Virus record (IMG/VR): IMGVR_UViG_3300025858_000016
Span: 30,010 to 94,009 of that record
Strand: one strand, 5' to 3'
Origin: a virus
Lineage: Duplodnaviria; Caudoviricetes
Length of the DNA stretch: 64,000 bases
Position numbers and translations under genes: made by a program. Under the pieces are notes generated by a model. It was not told the origin of the DNA and made no database searches. It was given only the letters and a program-made list of their open reading frames with translations. Positions 11,236 through 21,800 of the stretch are shown here, one piece after another. Positions within the stretch are counted from its first letter, which is position 1; every line of letters begins with the position of its first letter.

Positions 11236-11808
11236 ATGTGGATAATCACTAAGCAGTTTGATTTTTGTTATGGCCATCGTGTTTGGTCTCAAACATTAAA
11301 TACTGATTTTTCTTTAGATTCATGTTTAAAGTGTAGACACTTACATGGACATCAGGGAGTAGTTAATATTTCATTATCTGGAGAAGAGTTGAAGAGTGGA
11401 ATGGTTACTGATTTTAAACATTTGAATTGGTTTAAAAAGTGGTTAGATGATACACTAGATCATAAATTTATTATAGATATTCATGATCCGTTGGTCGTGA
11501 GTGGTTGGTTTTCAGAATTAATAAAAGAGAAACGTAATGATAATAAACAGTATTCTGTAGTGGATAAAGAGTTATTTAATATTGATGAATATGGCGCAAT
11601 GACAATAAAACAAAAGCTTTATAGTTCATTTATAACATCCTATCGAGAACTATATGAAGGGATGGTGTTTGTCAATTTCGTTCCAACTTCAGAAAATCTC
11701 TCTAAGTGGATATTTGACATTGTTCAGAAGAAGATGTCAGAATTAGATGTTCAAGTTCATAGAGTTGAGTTTTTTGAAACTCCTAAATCACGAAGTATAT
11801 ATGAGTAA
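11236..11808 (+). CDS. queD: 6-carboxy-5,6,7,8-tetrahydropterin synthase
   Basis: F.YGHR, CRHLHGH, MVTDF, LDHKF, PTSENL, ETPKS. Confidence 0.92.
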   Translation: MWIITKQFDFCYGHRVWSQTLNTDFSLDSCLKCRHLHGHQGVVNISLSGEELKSGMVTDFKHLNWFKKWLDDTLDHKFIIDIHDPLVVSGWFSELIKEKRNDNKQYSVVDKELFNIDEYGAMTIKQKLYSSFITSYRELYEGMVFVNFVPTSENLSKWIFDIVQKKMSELDVQVHRVEFFETPKSRSIYE

Positions 11809-12556
11809 AATTATGATTGAAGGTAATCCTTCATTTAAAAAAGAAAAGCCACAGATTAATTATTTGAATGTTGCTGAGTTTTTCTGTGATACAATTCAAG
11901 GAGAAAATTTTGTAGGGTACCCAGCAACTTTTTTAAGATTACAGGGGTGTACATCCGTTTGTTCATATTGTGATACCTTGGAAGTATGGCGTTTTGGCAA
12001 CCCCTATACATTTGAAGAGCTTTTTGAATTGATTGAGAAATTTGATCTTGTTCGAAAGTTTAGAGAGGGACAACATTTAGTATTGACAGGTGGTTCGCCT
12101 ATGTTGCAACAAGACAATGTAGTTAGATTTATACAAGAGTTTATTAAGCGTTATGAATTTAAACCTTATATTGAGATCGAGAATGAATGTACTTTAATGC
12201 CACATGACCAATTAGTTGATATAGTTGATTTATGGAATAATTCACCTAAGTTACTAGACTCAGGGAGTGCAGATTTTATTCGTTATCAACCTCGTATACT
12301 CTCTTATCTCTCATCTTTAAAGAATGCTTGGTTTAAGTTTGTAATTAGTAAAGAAGAAGATTGGAAAGAGATTAAGTCAGACTTTTTAGATAAAAGATTA
12401 ATTAGAAAAGATCAAGTTGTTTTAATGCCTTTAGGCGCAACACGTCAGGAGTTAATTGAAAATAGAGAGAGAGTAGTAGAGATTTCAATACGTGAAAATG
12501 TAAGATATACAACAAGAGAACACGTTATAATTTGGGATAAAAAAACTGGAATATGA
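11801..12556 (+). CDS. queE: 7-carboxy-7-deazaguanine synthase (radical SAM)
   Basis: TIQGE, FLRLQGCTSVCSYCDT, LTGGSP, SPKL; ATG at 11801. Confidence 0.9.
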   Translation: MSKIMIEGNPSFKKEKPQINYLNVAEFFCDTIQGENFVGYPATFLRLQGCTSVCSYCDTLEVWRFGNPYTFEELFELIEKFDLVRKFREGQHLVLTGGSPMLQQDNVVRFIQEFIKRYEFKPYIEIENECTLMPHDQLVDIVDLWNNSPKLLDSGSADFIRYQPRILSYLSSLKNAWFKFVISKEEDWKEIKSDFLDKRLIRKDQVVLMPLGATRQELIENRERVVEISIRENVRYTTREHVIIWDKKTGI

Positions 12557-13143
12557 TTGATAGTGAAAAACTTATAGCGGCTGAACAAGCTTATGCTAAA
12601 TTTATGGATGTGGTTCTTCCTAATTGGAGAGAAGATCCAAATTCGAAAGATACCCCTAAGAGAGTTGCAAAAATGTTTCTTCAAGATTTATGGAAGGGAC
12701 TGTATAGTGAAGAACCTGTAATTACTGTTTTTGAAAATTGTGAAGTTTATGATGGGATTGTCTTTCAAGGGAATATTGAAGTGAAGTCTCAATGCTCTCA
12801 TCATCATATGCCCTTCTGGGGTAAGGCTTATGTAGCTTATATCCCAGGGAGTTCGAATCGTATTATTGGTCTCTCTAAGTTGAATCGAATTGTTGAGTAT
12901 TTTTCAAGAAGACCTCAAGTTCAAGAAAATCTTACAATGCAAATACATAATTTTTTGCAAGAGATTTTACAAGATAGTAAGGGGATAGCAGTGTTAATTG
13001 AAGCTCAACATACTTGTGTGTCTCATCGAGGTATAAGACAAGATTCAACTATGAAAACTTCTAAATTATCTGGTGTCTTCTTAGATAATACTGATAAATC
13101 AAGAGAAGAATTTTATCACTTTATAAATGATTTAAAAAAATGA
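12553..13143 (+). CDS. folE: GTP cyclohydrolase I
   Basis: TPKRVAK, SQCSHHHMPF, GLSKLNR, RPQVQE, HTCVSHRG. Confidence 0.95.
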   Translation: MIDSEKLIAAEQAYAKFMDVVLPNWREDPNSKDTPKRVAKMFLQDLWKGLYSEEPVITVFENCEVYDGIVFQGNIEVKSQCSHHHMPFWGKAYVAYIPGSSNRIIGLSKLNRIVEYFSRRPQVQENLTMQIHNFLQEILQDSKGIAVLIEAQHTCVSHRGIRQDSTMKTSKLSGVFLDNTDKSREEFYHFINDLKK

Positions 13144-13469
13144 TTTCTTTTAAAGAGTATAGTGAACTATCTAGTCAAGTTTTAATTTACCCTCGTAATA
13201 TAGCCCCACTCTATCTAGCTTTAGGGATTAATGGTGAAGCAGGAGAAGTAGGTGAAAAAGTAAAGAAGGTTTATAGAGACAATGCTGGGATATTTGGAGA
13301 AGAACATATAAATGCAATTAAGAAAGAGATTGGAGATGTATTATGGTATTTGAATCGTCTTTCAGAGGAGTTAGGATTTACTTTAGAAGAAGCTGCTGAA
13401 TTGAATCTTATTAAACTTGAAGATCGTATTCAACGTGAAGTAATTCAAAGTTCTGGTGATGATCGTTAA
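13140..13469 (+). CDS. MazG-like nucleotide pyrophosphohydrolase
   Basis: LGINGEAGEVGEKVKK...KEIGDVLWY. Confidence 0.88.
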   Translation: MISFKEYSELSSQVLIYPRNIAPLYLALGINGEAGEVGEKVKKVYRDNAGIFGEEHINAIKKEIGDVLWYLNRLSEELGFTLEEAAELNLIKLEDRIQREVIQSSGDDR

Positions 13470-13480
13470 ATTTATATAGT

Positions 13481-13915
13481 ATGACAACAATAAAATTTAA
13501 ACAACTTAGAGATAATTTTAAGTTACCTGAAAAAAGTTTCAGTACTGATGCTTGTTTCGATGTTGTAGTACATCATATAGAGAAATTAGGACATAAATGT
13601 ATCTGTTATTTAGGTTTTTCTACAGAGATACCTATAGGTTGGAAGGGGGTCATTGTACCAAGAAGTAGTATAACTAAGACTAATTGGACAATGCTTAATA
13701 GCCCAGGTCAGGTGGATTCTTCATATCGTGGTGAATGGCAAGTAAGATTTACTCATATTGATACTGGGGAGGAACCAGAATTCCCATATAAAATTGGAGA
13801 TAGAATTGCTCAAATTTACTTTGAAAAGGTAAATGAAGTATCTTTAGAGTTGGTAAATGAAGTAAGTGATACTGATCGTGGAACAGGTGGATTTGGGCAT
13901 ACTGGTTCTAAGTAG
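13481..13915 (+). CDS. dut: trimeric dUTPase
   Basis: ACFD, PRSS, GQVDSSYRGE, GDRIAQ, RGTGGFGHTG. Confidence 0.93.
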   Translation: MTTIKFKQLRDNFKLPEKSFSTDACFDVVVHHIEKLGHKCICYLGFSTEIPIGWKGVIVPRSSITKTNWTMLNSPGQVDSSYRGEWQVRFTHIDTGEEPEFPYKIGDRIAQIYFEKVNEVSLELVNEVSDTDRGTGGFGHTGSK

Positions 13916-13919
13916 TTTT

Positions 13920-13938
13920 ATTTAAAATCATTATAAAT
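13920..13938. promoter_or_regulatory. palindromic operator copy (Fur/PerR-box-like)
   Basis: ATTTAAAATCATTATAAAT, one mismatch to the repeated palindrome. Confidence 0.55.
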
Positions 13939-14028
13939 TTATGGTTTTTATAAATTATTTTGATTGAAAATTAGATTCGTAAATATAAATTTTATATTTT
14001 TAATCCATAATTCAAATACATAAAAATC

Positions 14029-14736
14029 ATGAAAACAAGAACAGATTTAGAGAAAATGACCACTTTATCACTTCGTGAAGAATGTAAAGGTAAGATTAAA
14101 AATTATGGTCGGATGACTAAAGAAGAGATGATCAACGCCCTTATTGAAAATCCTGCTACTGTGACTTCAGAGGAGATTTTTACTGATCGTCATAATCTCC
14201 CTATTAATAAGGGACAAAGAGTAAGTGTTAGAATAGGTGGGAATTGGTTTCCGGGAACAGTTGTTCGCTTGAAGAAAATACAGGGTGATGATTGTGCCTC
14301 TATTCTTTTGGATGGCAAAGATTTACCTAAGCTTTTTTACTCAACAGACATTGATATTGATGTGCCTGGCGATTTAAATAAGAAAGCAACATCTGTTAAT
14401 AAGACAGAGAAAAATACTATTGAAACAGTAATCTCTGAGATTAAAAAAGAAGAAGTTATTGCTTCCTTTACTGTTAGAGTAAAGAAGTATCAAGAATTTC
14501 TTGATTCTGTTGATAAAATGGGATATGAAATTGGACAAGATGTTACATTTGAAGTCTCAAAAAGAAGCAAAATAAATCCTGGGGCTATTTTATCAGGTAA
14601 AATAAAATCTTTTGTTTGGGATCCTCAGGGCAATTGTGCCTTCTTTATAATTAAAGTGGAGGGAGACAGTCGGGAGTTTTATAAGACCCCTAAATCTTTG
14701 TTCAACTTTGCTTCTACCTATTCTCAGAGTAAGTAA
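14029..14736 (+). CDS. hypothetical protein with Rho-N-like N-terminal helix pair and possible SH3/Tudor-like domains
   Basis: LEKMTTLSLREECK..IKNYGRMTKEEMINALIE; GQRVSVRIGGNWFPGTVV. Confidence 0.5.
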   Translation: MKTRTDLEKMTTLSLREECKGKIKNYGRMTKEEMINALIENPATVTSEEIFTDRHNLPINKGQRVSVRIGGNWFPGTVVRLKKIQGDDCASILLDGKDLPKLFYSTDIDIDVPGDLNKKATSVNKTEKNTIETVISEIKKEEVIASFTVRVKKYQEFLDSVDKMGYEIGQDVTFEVSKRSKINPGAILSGKIKSFVWDPQGNCAFFIIKVEGDSREFYKTPKSLFNFASTYSQSK

Positions 14737-14751
14737 TATAAGAGATAGCAG

Positions 14752-14792
14752 TATAGTATAGAGAGACTTTGACAAAGTCTCTCTATACTATA
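14752..14792. repeat. 41-bp inverted repeat with perfect 20-bp arms
   Basis: TATAGTATAGAGAGACTTTG-A-CAAAGTCTCTCTATACTATA. Confidence 0.9.
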
Positions 14793-14870
14793 TAATAAAT
14801 TAGTTTAGAGCTGATTATATTTGATATAGATATTGTGATATGTTAGAGTATATAAATACAACTTTAAGAA

Positions 14871-15665
14871 ATGAGAAAAATATCACATGAGTGCCCTCTA
14901 GCACTTTTATCAGAAAGTCGTAGTTTTAATGACTATGATTATGCACTAGTCCATTTATTTGAACAATATCCACAATATTATCAGTTTTTTGTAGAGTCAT
15001 TAAAGTTAGGTCGTGAAGTAATATTAGATAATTCGATATTTGAACTTGGGAAGTCTTTTGATAATGACCAATTTGCAACATGGGTAGAGAGACTACAGCC
15101 AACTTACTATATTATCCCTGATGTTCTAGAAGATAGTAAGGCTACAATTGAACGTTTACATAATTGGGTATCAAAGTATAATTTTTTGCCTGGAAAGAAA
15201 ATAGGGGTGGTCCAAGGGAAGACATATGAAGATTTAGTAGAGTGTTATCAAGAAATAGATAGATATTGTGATGTTATAGCTATTTCTTTTGACTATAGTT
15301 ATTATGAAAGTATATTTGAACTTACTAATAAATTTAAAAATTGGGTGTATGGGAGACAGTCTTTGATAGTAAAATTAGTGAGAGAGAGAATAATAAATAA
15401 AAAGAAACCTCATCATTTATTAGGGTGTAGTTTACCACAAGAATTTCTTTTTTATCAATCTAATGTCTATGATTTTATTCAATCTATTGATACTTCCTCC
15501 CCTATTGTACATGGTTTGTTAGAGATTTACTATGATCAATATGGGCTAGAGAAGAAGGAGTCTATTAAATTATTTGAATTGATTGATGCAAAAGTTACGG
15601 ATTTACAAAGAGTAGCAATTAATAATAATATTAAGATTTTTAAACAGTTAGTAAATGGGAACTAA
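14871..15665 (+). CDS. DpdA/TGT-like 7-deazaguanine transglycosylase paralogue
   Basis: ILDNS, IIPDVL, GVVQG, HHLLGC, SIDTSSP motifs of the TGT barrel; sits inside the que cluster. Confidence 0.7.
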   Translation: MRKISHECPLALLSESRSFNDYDYALVHLFEQYPQYYQFFVESLKLGREVILDNSIFELGKSFDNDQFATWVERLQPTYYIIPDVLEDSKATIERLHNWVSKYNFLPGKKIGVVQGKTYEDLVECYQEIDRYCDVIAISFDYSYYESIFELTNKFKNWVYGRQSLIVKLVRERIINKKKPHHLLGCSLPQEFLFYQSNVYDFIQSIDTSSPIVHGLLEIYYDQYGLEKKESIKLFELIDAKVTDLQRVAINNNIKIFKQLVNGN

Positions 15666-16194
15666 GATATTAATTACAGGGACACATAGTACAGGTAAAT
15701 CAACTTTACTTGAAGAATTGAAAAAGTTGGATAAGTTTCGAGATTTTAAGTTTATTGGTGGTGTTACACGAAGTGCTAGAAATTTAGGACTTGAGATCAA
15801 TGAAAGTGGAGATGAATATACACAATTATATTGTATGTGTAAGGATTTTTTAAATCTTATAGAAAATGAAGATAGTAAAGTAATTTATGATAGAAGTATT
15901 TTAGATACATTGATTTATTCATTATATTTATATGATAAATTACCAAGTTGGGTGATTGATATAAATCGAAGTATGTGTAATCTTCTTATTAAGAAGTTTG
16001 ATTTAATTGTATGGTTAAGACCTGAACAAGAGATAGATGATGACTCAGTTCGAAGTATGAATATGGATTTTCAAATTGAAGTAGATTATATGTTTGATCG
16101 ATTTTTTAAGCAAAATAATTTGCCAGTATTCCAGTTAAAGGGATCTATACAAGAACGAGTTGATCAATTTAATAAAATTTATAGTCATGAATAA
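15655..16194 (+). CDS. P-loop nucleotide kinase-like protein (NadR/AAA_28 type)
   Basis: ITGTHSTGKST; YDRSILDTLIY. Confidence 0.75.
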   Translation: MGTKILITGTHSTGKSTLLEELKKLDKFRDFKFIGGVTRSARNLGLEINESGDEYTQLYCMCKDFLNLIENEDSKVIYDRSILDTLIYSLYLYDKLPSWVIDINRSMCNLLIKKFDLIVWLRPEQEIDDDSVRSMNMDFQIEVDYMFDRFFKQNNLPVFQLKGSIQERVDQFNKIYSHE

Positions 16195-16999
16195 GTCAAA
16201 CAGTTTTAAATTAGGCCAGAAGACCCAATATGACAATGAGTATAATTCTGATTTAATTGATGTTTTTCCTCGTTCAGAGAGACGTAAGGGGATGTCATCT
16301 TTGATGTTTGGGATTGATATATGGACAGCATATGAATTTTCTTTTTTATTGAAAAGTGGGTTACCTTATTTTTGTGTACTACGAATTTATAATTTTGCAT
16401 ATTCTGAGTATATTTTTGAATCAAAATCTTTAAAGTTATATTTGAATTCATTTAATAATACATGCTTTTCAGGGATTGCAGAAGTTAAGCGAATTATTGA
16501 AAGAGATTTATCTAGGAAAGTTGGCACTGAAGTTTTTGTAGAGAAATTAAATAGTTTCCCAAGATCTAGAGTTGAAGATAAGATTTGTTTAGAGAGAGAA
16601 TGTAAAAGTATTAAAATTAATGAGTATGAGTATAACCCTAAATTACTTAAGTCTTATGAATCAGGTTATACCAAACAACTTTTATACTCTAATTTATTAC
16701 GTTCAAATTGTGAAGTTACAAATCAACCAGACTGGGGTCGTGTTACAATTGAATACATTGGGAGTCGTCGAGTTGACTACGAGTCATTACTTAAATATTT
16801 AGTATCATTTCGAAAACATCAAGGGTTTCATGAAGTTGTTTGTGAGAGAATTTATAACGATCTTTATAATGAATTAAAGCCTACTTATCTTTCAGTTTTA
16901 TGTCAATATACAAGACGGGGCGGAATTGATATAAACCCATTTAGATTGTCATACCCAGACTTTAATATGCCATCACTTTCTAAGTTATTACAACAATAA
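16187..16999 (+). CDS. queF: NADPH-dependent preQ0 reductase (bimodular)
   Basis: DIWTAYE, ESKSLKLYLNS, SNCEVTNQPDWG, FHE..CE, YTRRGGIDINPFR. Confidence 0.93.
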   Translation: MNKSNSFKLGQKTQYDNEYNSDLIDVFPRSERRKGMSSLMFGIDIWTAYEFSFLLKSGLPYFCVLRIYNFAYSEYIFESKSLKLYLNSFNNTCFSGIAEVKRIIERDLSRKVGTEVFVEKLNSFPRSRVEDKICLERECKSIKINEYEYNPKLLKSYESGYTKQLLYSNLLRSNCEVTNQPDWGRVTIEYIGSRRVDYESLLKYLVSFRKHQGFHEVVCERIYNDLYNELKPTYLSVLCQYTRRGGIDINPFRLSYPDFNMPSLSKLLQQ

Positions 17000-17036
17000 A
17001 TCTAAGTTTGAAATCAATTGTACTTAATTTTAAAAA

Positions 17037-17768
17037 ATGAAACACGCCGTTCTATCAATTAGTGGAGGTATGGACTCTACTTCTCTTTTACTACATCTTC
17101 TATCAAGAGATTATTTTGTACACTGTATTTCATTTAACTATGGGCAGAAACATGTTATAGAACTAGAAAGAGTTGAGAAGAATATAAGATTTCTTCAGAT
17201 ACTTACAGAATCAAAAATAGAGTGGGAAGTAATTGATCTTTCACAGATAATGAGAAAGTTTCATTCATCATTGACTTCTGATTCAATGAATGTGCCAGAA
17301 GGGCACTATGCAGATGAGAATATGAAGAGTACAGTGGTTCCTAATCGTAATGCAATCTTTTCATCTCTTATATATGGGTATGCGCTTTCACTATCTAAGA
17401 GTTTAGATGAAGATATTCAGATATGCTTAGGTACACATTCAGGTGACCATGCTATTTACCCTGATTGTCGTCCAGAGTTTCATACAGCATTAGATTATGC
17501 ATTTAAAATTGGTAACTGGGGGTCTGAACGTGTATCTAACTATCTTCCCTATCTTCAATTAGATAAGGCTGATATATTAAGAGATGCATTAGCAAGTTGT
17601 GTGATATTAAAGATTGACCCTTTTATGATTTTTGAAAATACGAATACATGTTACCGACCTAATGAAAAAGGTGAATCATGTGGAAAGTGTGGGTCGTGTA
17701 CAGAGAGACTGGAAGCATTTGATAGAGTTGGGATAGTTGATCCTGTAAAGTATGTGTCATATGAATAA
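17037..17768 (+). CDS. queC: 7-cyano-7-deazaguanine synthase
   Basis: SGGMDS, YGQKH, VPNRN, YPDCRPEF, CGKCGSC. Confidence 0.95.
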   Translation: MKHAVLSISGGMDSTSLLLHLLSRDYFVHCISFNYGQKHVIELERVEKNIRFLQILTESKIEWEVIDLSQIMRKFHSSLTSDSMNVPEGHYADENMKSTVVPNRNAIFSSLIYGYALSLSKSLDEDIQICLGTHSGDHAIYPDCRPEFHTALDYAFKIGNWGSERVSNYLPYLQLDKADILRDALASCVILKIDPFMIFENTNTCYRPNEKGESCGKCGSCTERLEAFDRVGIVDPVKYVSYE

Positions 17769-18099
17769 TGAAGAATTTCTTATCTATCATAAAGAATGTT
17801 GTGATAGAATACATAAAATAGTGTCTGCAAAGAATCATGATTATTCAGGTTTTGATAAACTTGATGCTTTTGCAAATTTCAAAGTTGTTGAAAAGATAGG
17901 GGTTGCTTCTGTAGAACAAGGTTTTCTAACACGTATGATGGATAAGATTTCGCGTGTAAATTCTTTTGTTCTACAGGGTGTTACTAGAGTAGAGAATGAA
18001 AAAATAGAAGATACATTACTTGATCTTGCTAATTATGCATTATTAATGTCTGGATACATTAAATCAAAGAAAGATGAAACTGATAAAACCAAGTTATAG
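17761..18099 (+). CDS. nucleotide-modification-associated helical domain protein (DUF1599-like)
   Basis: KNHDYS..FANF..RMMDKISR..EDTLLDLANY. Confidence 0.7.
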   Translation: MNNEEFLIYHKECCDRIHKIVSAKNHDYSGFDKLDAFANFKVVEKIGVASVEQGFLTRMMDKISRVNSFVLQGVTRVENEKIEDTLLDLANYALLMSGYIKSKKDETDKTKL

Positions 18100-18826
18100 A
18101 ATTGAGACTCCTATCAATGGAGAAGAGATTCTTATTGCTATTGAAGCTGCTGGGAGAACTGCTTATAAAAGTGAAGGTAAGATAGAGATTTTAGAACAGA
18201 GAACTAATATTGGAGGGAAAGAGTATTCACGAATTGGTATTTCAGCACATGAATTTCTTTCTAAACTTCTTAAACGTGGACATGAAGCGCCGCTTGAATT
18301 AGGTGGGATGATTAATGTTCGCTTTATTTGTGATAGGGGAGTAACTCATGAACTAGTTAGACATAGACTTGCAAGTTTTGTACAAGAAAGTACGAGATAT
18401 TGTAATTATGCTAATGGGAAAGATATTGAGTTTATTATTCCTAGTTGGTTAGATATTAAAGAGGGTGTCTATAATCTAAATAAAGACTATGATAATTTTA
18501 GTGAGTATGATGGTACTCTTACTTGGTTAGATAGTATTAATAAAGATGAAATAAAATATAATAATCTTGTTAATCAAATTAATCCTAAAACTGGTAAAGT
18601 AGATTTAAGATTTCGTAAGTGGTCTCCTCAAGAAGCTCGTAGTATCCTTCCTAATTCTCTTAAAACTGAGATTGTAATTGGTGCTAATATTCGTGAATGG
18701 AGATATATACTTAGACTTCGTACTGCTGAAGGTGTACATCCTCAAATGAGAGAGTTAATGTGTCCTTTATTAGAAGATTTTAAGAAACAGATTCCTATTT
18801 TATTTGATGATATAAAGGGAGAGTAA
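18074..18826 (+). CDS. thyX: flavin-dependent thymidylate synthase
   Basis: GHEAPLE, THELVRHRLASFVQESTRY, ARSILP, HPQMR. Confidence 0.93.
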   Translation: MKLIKPSYRIETPINGEEILIAIEAAGRTAYKSEGKIEILEQRTNIGGKEYSRIGISAHEFLSKLLKRGHEAPLELGGMINVRFICDRGVTHELVRHRLASFVQESTRYCNYANGKDIEFIIPSWLDIKEGVYNLNKDYDNFSEYDGTLTWLDSINKDEIKYNNLVNQINPKTGKVDLRFRKWSPQEARSILPNSLKTEIVIGANIREWRYILRLRTAEGVHPQMRELMCPLLEDFKKQIPILFDDIKGE

Positions 18827-18827
18827 A

Positions 18828-21800
18828 ATGCAAGAGTTAGTATCATATCTTATAAGTAAGAAAATAAAGTTTGAAGAAATTGATGATCAGCTTTTAAAAA
18901 TTGATGATCAGCTTTTTCAATTAGTAGCCCCTACAGAAGAGAAGTTGTTTAATGAAGATTTCCATTTAATTATAGATGATATTAAGGGTGAAAATTTAGT
19001 TTTTAATTTTGGTGGTAAGTGGTATTATATATCAAGTGATTCTGTTAATAACCCTCAACTAGTTAAGTTAAGATATTTAGGCAATTTACAAGAAGAAATT
19101 TTAACAACTTCATTTTTAGGTGTTAGAGGGATGTATGAGTTGTTAAATGGATCAGGACATTATAGTGAGTGGATTAGAAAAGCTAAGTTTTTAAATGTTA
19201 AATATTTGGGAATTTGTGAGAAAAATACATTAGCAGGGGTTTTACGATTTCAGAATCAGTGCCAAGCATCAGGAATATCTTCTATAATTGGTGCAACATA
19301 TACAGTTTATCAAAGTAAGACAGATTACAAGTATGATGTTAAGTGCTATGTTAAGAACTCAATAGGGTGGGAGAATTTATTATTAATTAATACTGAAGTA
19401 AATGTCACTAATAATAAGTTTATTAAACAGGAGAGATTTTTAGAGTTACTAGAAGGAATAGTAGTTGTATTAGATCCAAAGTCTATAAATTTTAATAGAG
19501 TATTAGATTTTCTTAATAAATTGGAGATTTACTATCAGTTAGACACTGTAGAATATGAAGATAAAGAAAGAGATCAGGAGTACTTAGTTAATCTTAAGAA
19601 GTTTGTAGATAGTAAACTATCTCCGATATCTATTACAGATGCTTTTTATTTAGATAAAGAGGACAGTTTTATTAAGACACGTTTAAATCAAATTTCAGAA
19701 ATAAAAGAATATAAATCTCTGAACCAATTTTTTAAAAGCAAGTTAGAATATTTTGATGAGTTAAGTGTTTTATTCAAGGATGAAGAACGTTTATTTAACT
19801 ATTTTGAGAGTGCATTATCTAATGAATTATTATTATGTTCCCAGTGTAATTTTCAAATTAGTTCTACAAAGAAATTTCTTCCAATTTATAAAATGACAGA
19901 TGAGCAAAGTAGAGAGTATAAAGATAATGAAGATTTATTTTGGGGGTTAATTGAGAAGGGAATAGAGAAAAGAGTCCCCAAAAATAGATATAAAGAGTAT
20001 TTAGATAGAGTTGAGAGAGAAGTTGAAGTAATTAAATTAGGTGGGTTTATTGATTATTTTTTAATTTTGTGGGATATTATACAGTGGAGTAACAGAAATG
20101 AGATATTGACAGGGATTGGGCGTGGATCAGCAGGTGGGTGTTTGGTTGCATATTGTCTAGGGATAACCCATCTGGACCCTATAGAGTTTGGGTTATTATT
20201 TGAACGTTTTCTTAATAAAGGGCGTGTGGAAGGGGGATCATTACCTGATATAGATTGTGATTTTGCTGGCGATAGAAGAGATGATGTTAAACATTATATG
20301 GAGAAACGATATGGAAAGTATCAAGTTTGTTCTGTTGGGACATATACTACTCTACAATTAAAGGCTGCAATTAAAGATCTATCAAGAATTTATAATCTTG
20401 ATATTGGAGACGTAAATTGGATTACTACAGTACTTAATGATGAAGATGATTCTATAGCTGGGATATTTAAAAATGCATTACAACATAGTAGAATAATGAA
20501 TTTTATTCAGAATCATGTTGACTTAGTAAACGATTTAGAATCAATTTTAAAATTACCAAGATCTCAATCTGTTCATGCCTGTGCTACTATTATTTTACCT
20601 GAGGACCGTGATATATTTCATTGGATCCCAGTAAAAAGTGTAATGACAAAAAATAATGAAAATTTATTAGTGAGTGAGTGGGAAGGCGGAGAATTAGAGT
20701 CAATAGGTCTTTTAAAAGAAGATATTTTAGGCATTAGACAATTAGATAAGTTTCAGTTTATTCTTTCTCTTATAGAAGCTAATGGGAAGAAGAGACCTGA
20801 TATTTATAAACTTTTTTATGATGATGAAATTGTATTTAAGTATTTTCGTAAGGGGTGGAATCAAGATGTATTTCATTTTGGAGCGAAGGGATTAACAAAG
20901 TATTGTAAAGAGAGTAAACCAGAAAATATAGGGGATTTAATAGCTGCTATTTCTCTTTATAGACCGGGGCCTATTGAATCTAATCTTCATAATGAATATA
21001 TCTTTCGTAAAGAAGGATCAAAAGAAGTCGAGTATCTTTGGGGTACTGAATCTATTACAAAAGAGACTTATGGGATTTTAATTTATCAGGAGCAGATTAT
21101 GCAAACATGTGTGCAAGTTGGTGGTTTTACACTTATTGAAGCAGATGAGATTAGAAAGGCCCTAGGGAAGATGAAGAAAAAATATTCTGACCCCTATAGA
21201 GAGCGTTTTATTAAAGGGGCAGAAGAGAGAGGTTGCCCTCATGATGAAGCAGTTCATATTTGGGAAGTTATGGAGAGATTTGCTTTATATGGATTTAATA
21301 AATCACATGCTGCAGCTTATACTATTACTGGGTATATATGTCAGTATCTTAAAGTACACTATCCTATTGAGTTTTGGACTTCTGCTTTTGAATTTATTGA
21401 TGAGAGTAGAAGAGAAGAACGTACATTTCAATTTGTTTCAGAGATTAATAAAACAGGCCATATAAAAATTAAATCTCCGAATATTAATGTTTCTGAATCA
21501 TCTGTGAAATCTGATCATCTTTCTAATATAATTTATTGGACTTTATCTTCTGTAAAGCAAGTAGGTGGGATAGCAATGGATCAAATTTTACAAGAACGAT
21601 CAAAAAATGGTAAGTATTTTAGTTTTGAAGAATTTGTCCAACGTCATACTTTTACTGGTAGTAAAGTTAATAAACTTCATATAGAGAATTTAATTTTTTC
21701 AGGTGCTTTTGATGAGATTGAAGATATTCAAACTTCAAATGGTCGGATTCGTTTATTAACACAATTTAGAGAGATAAAGAAGATTAAAGTGGATAAAGAG

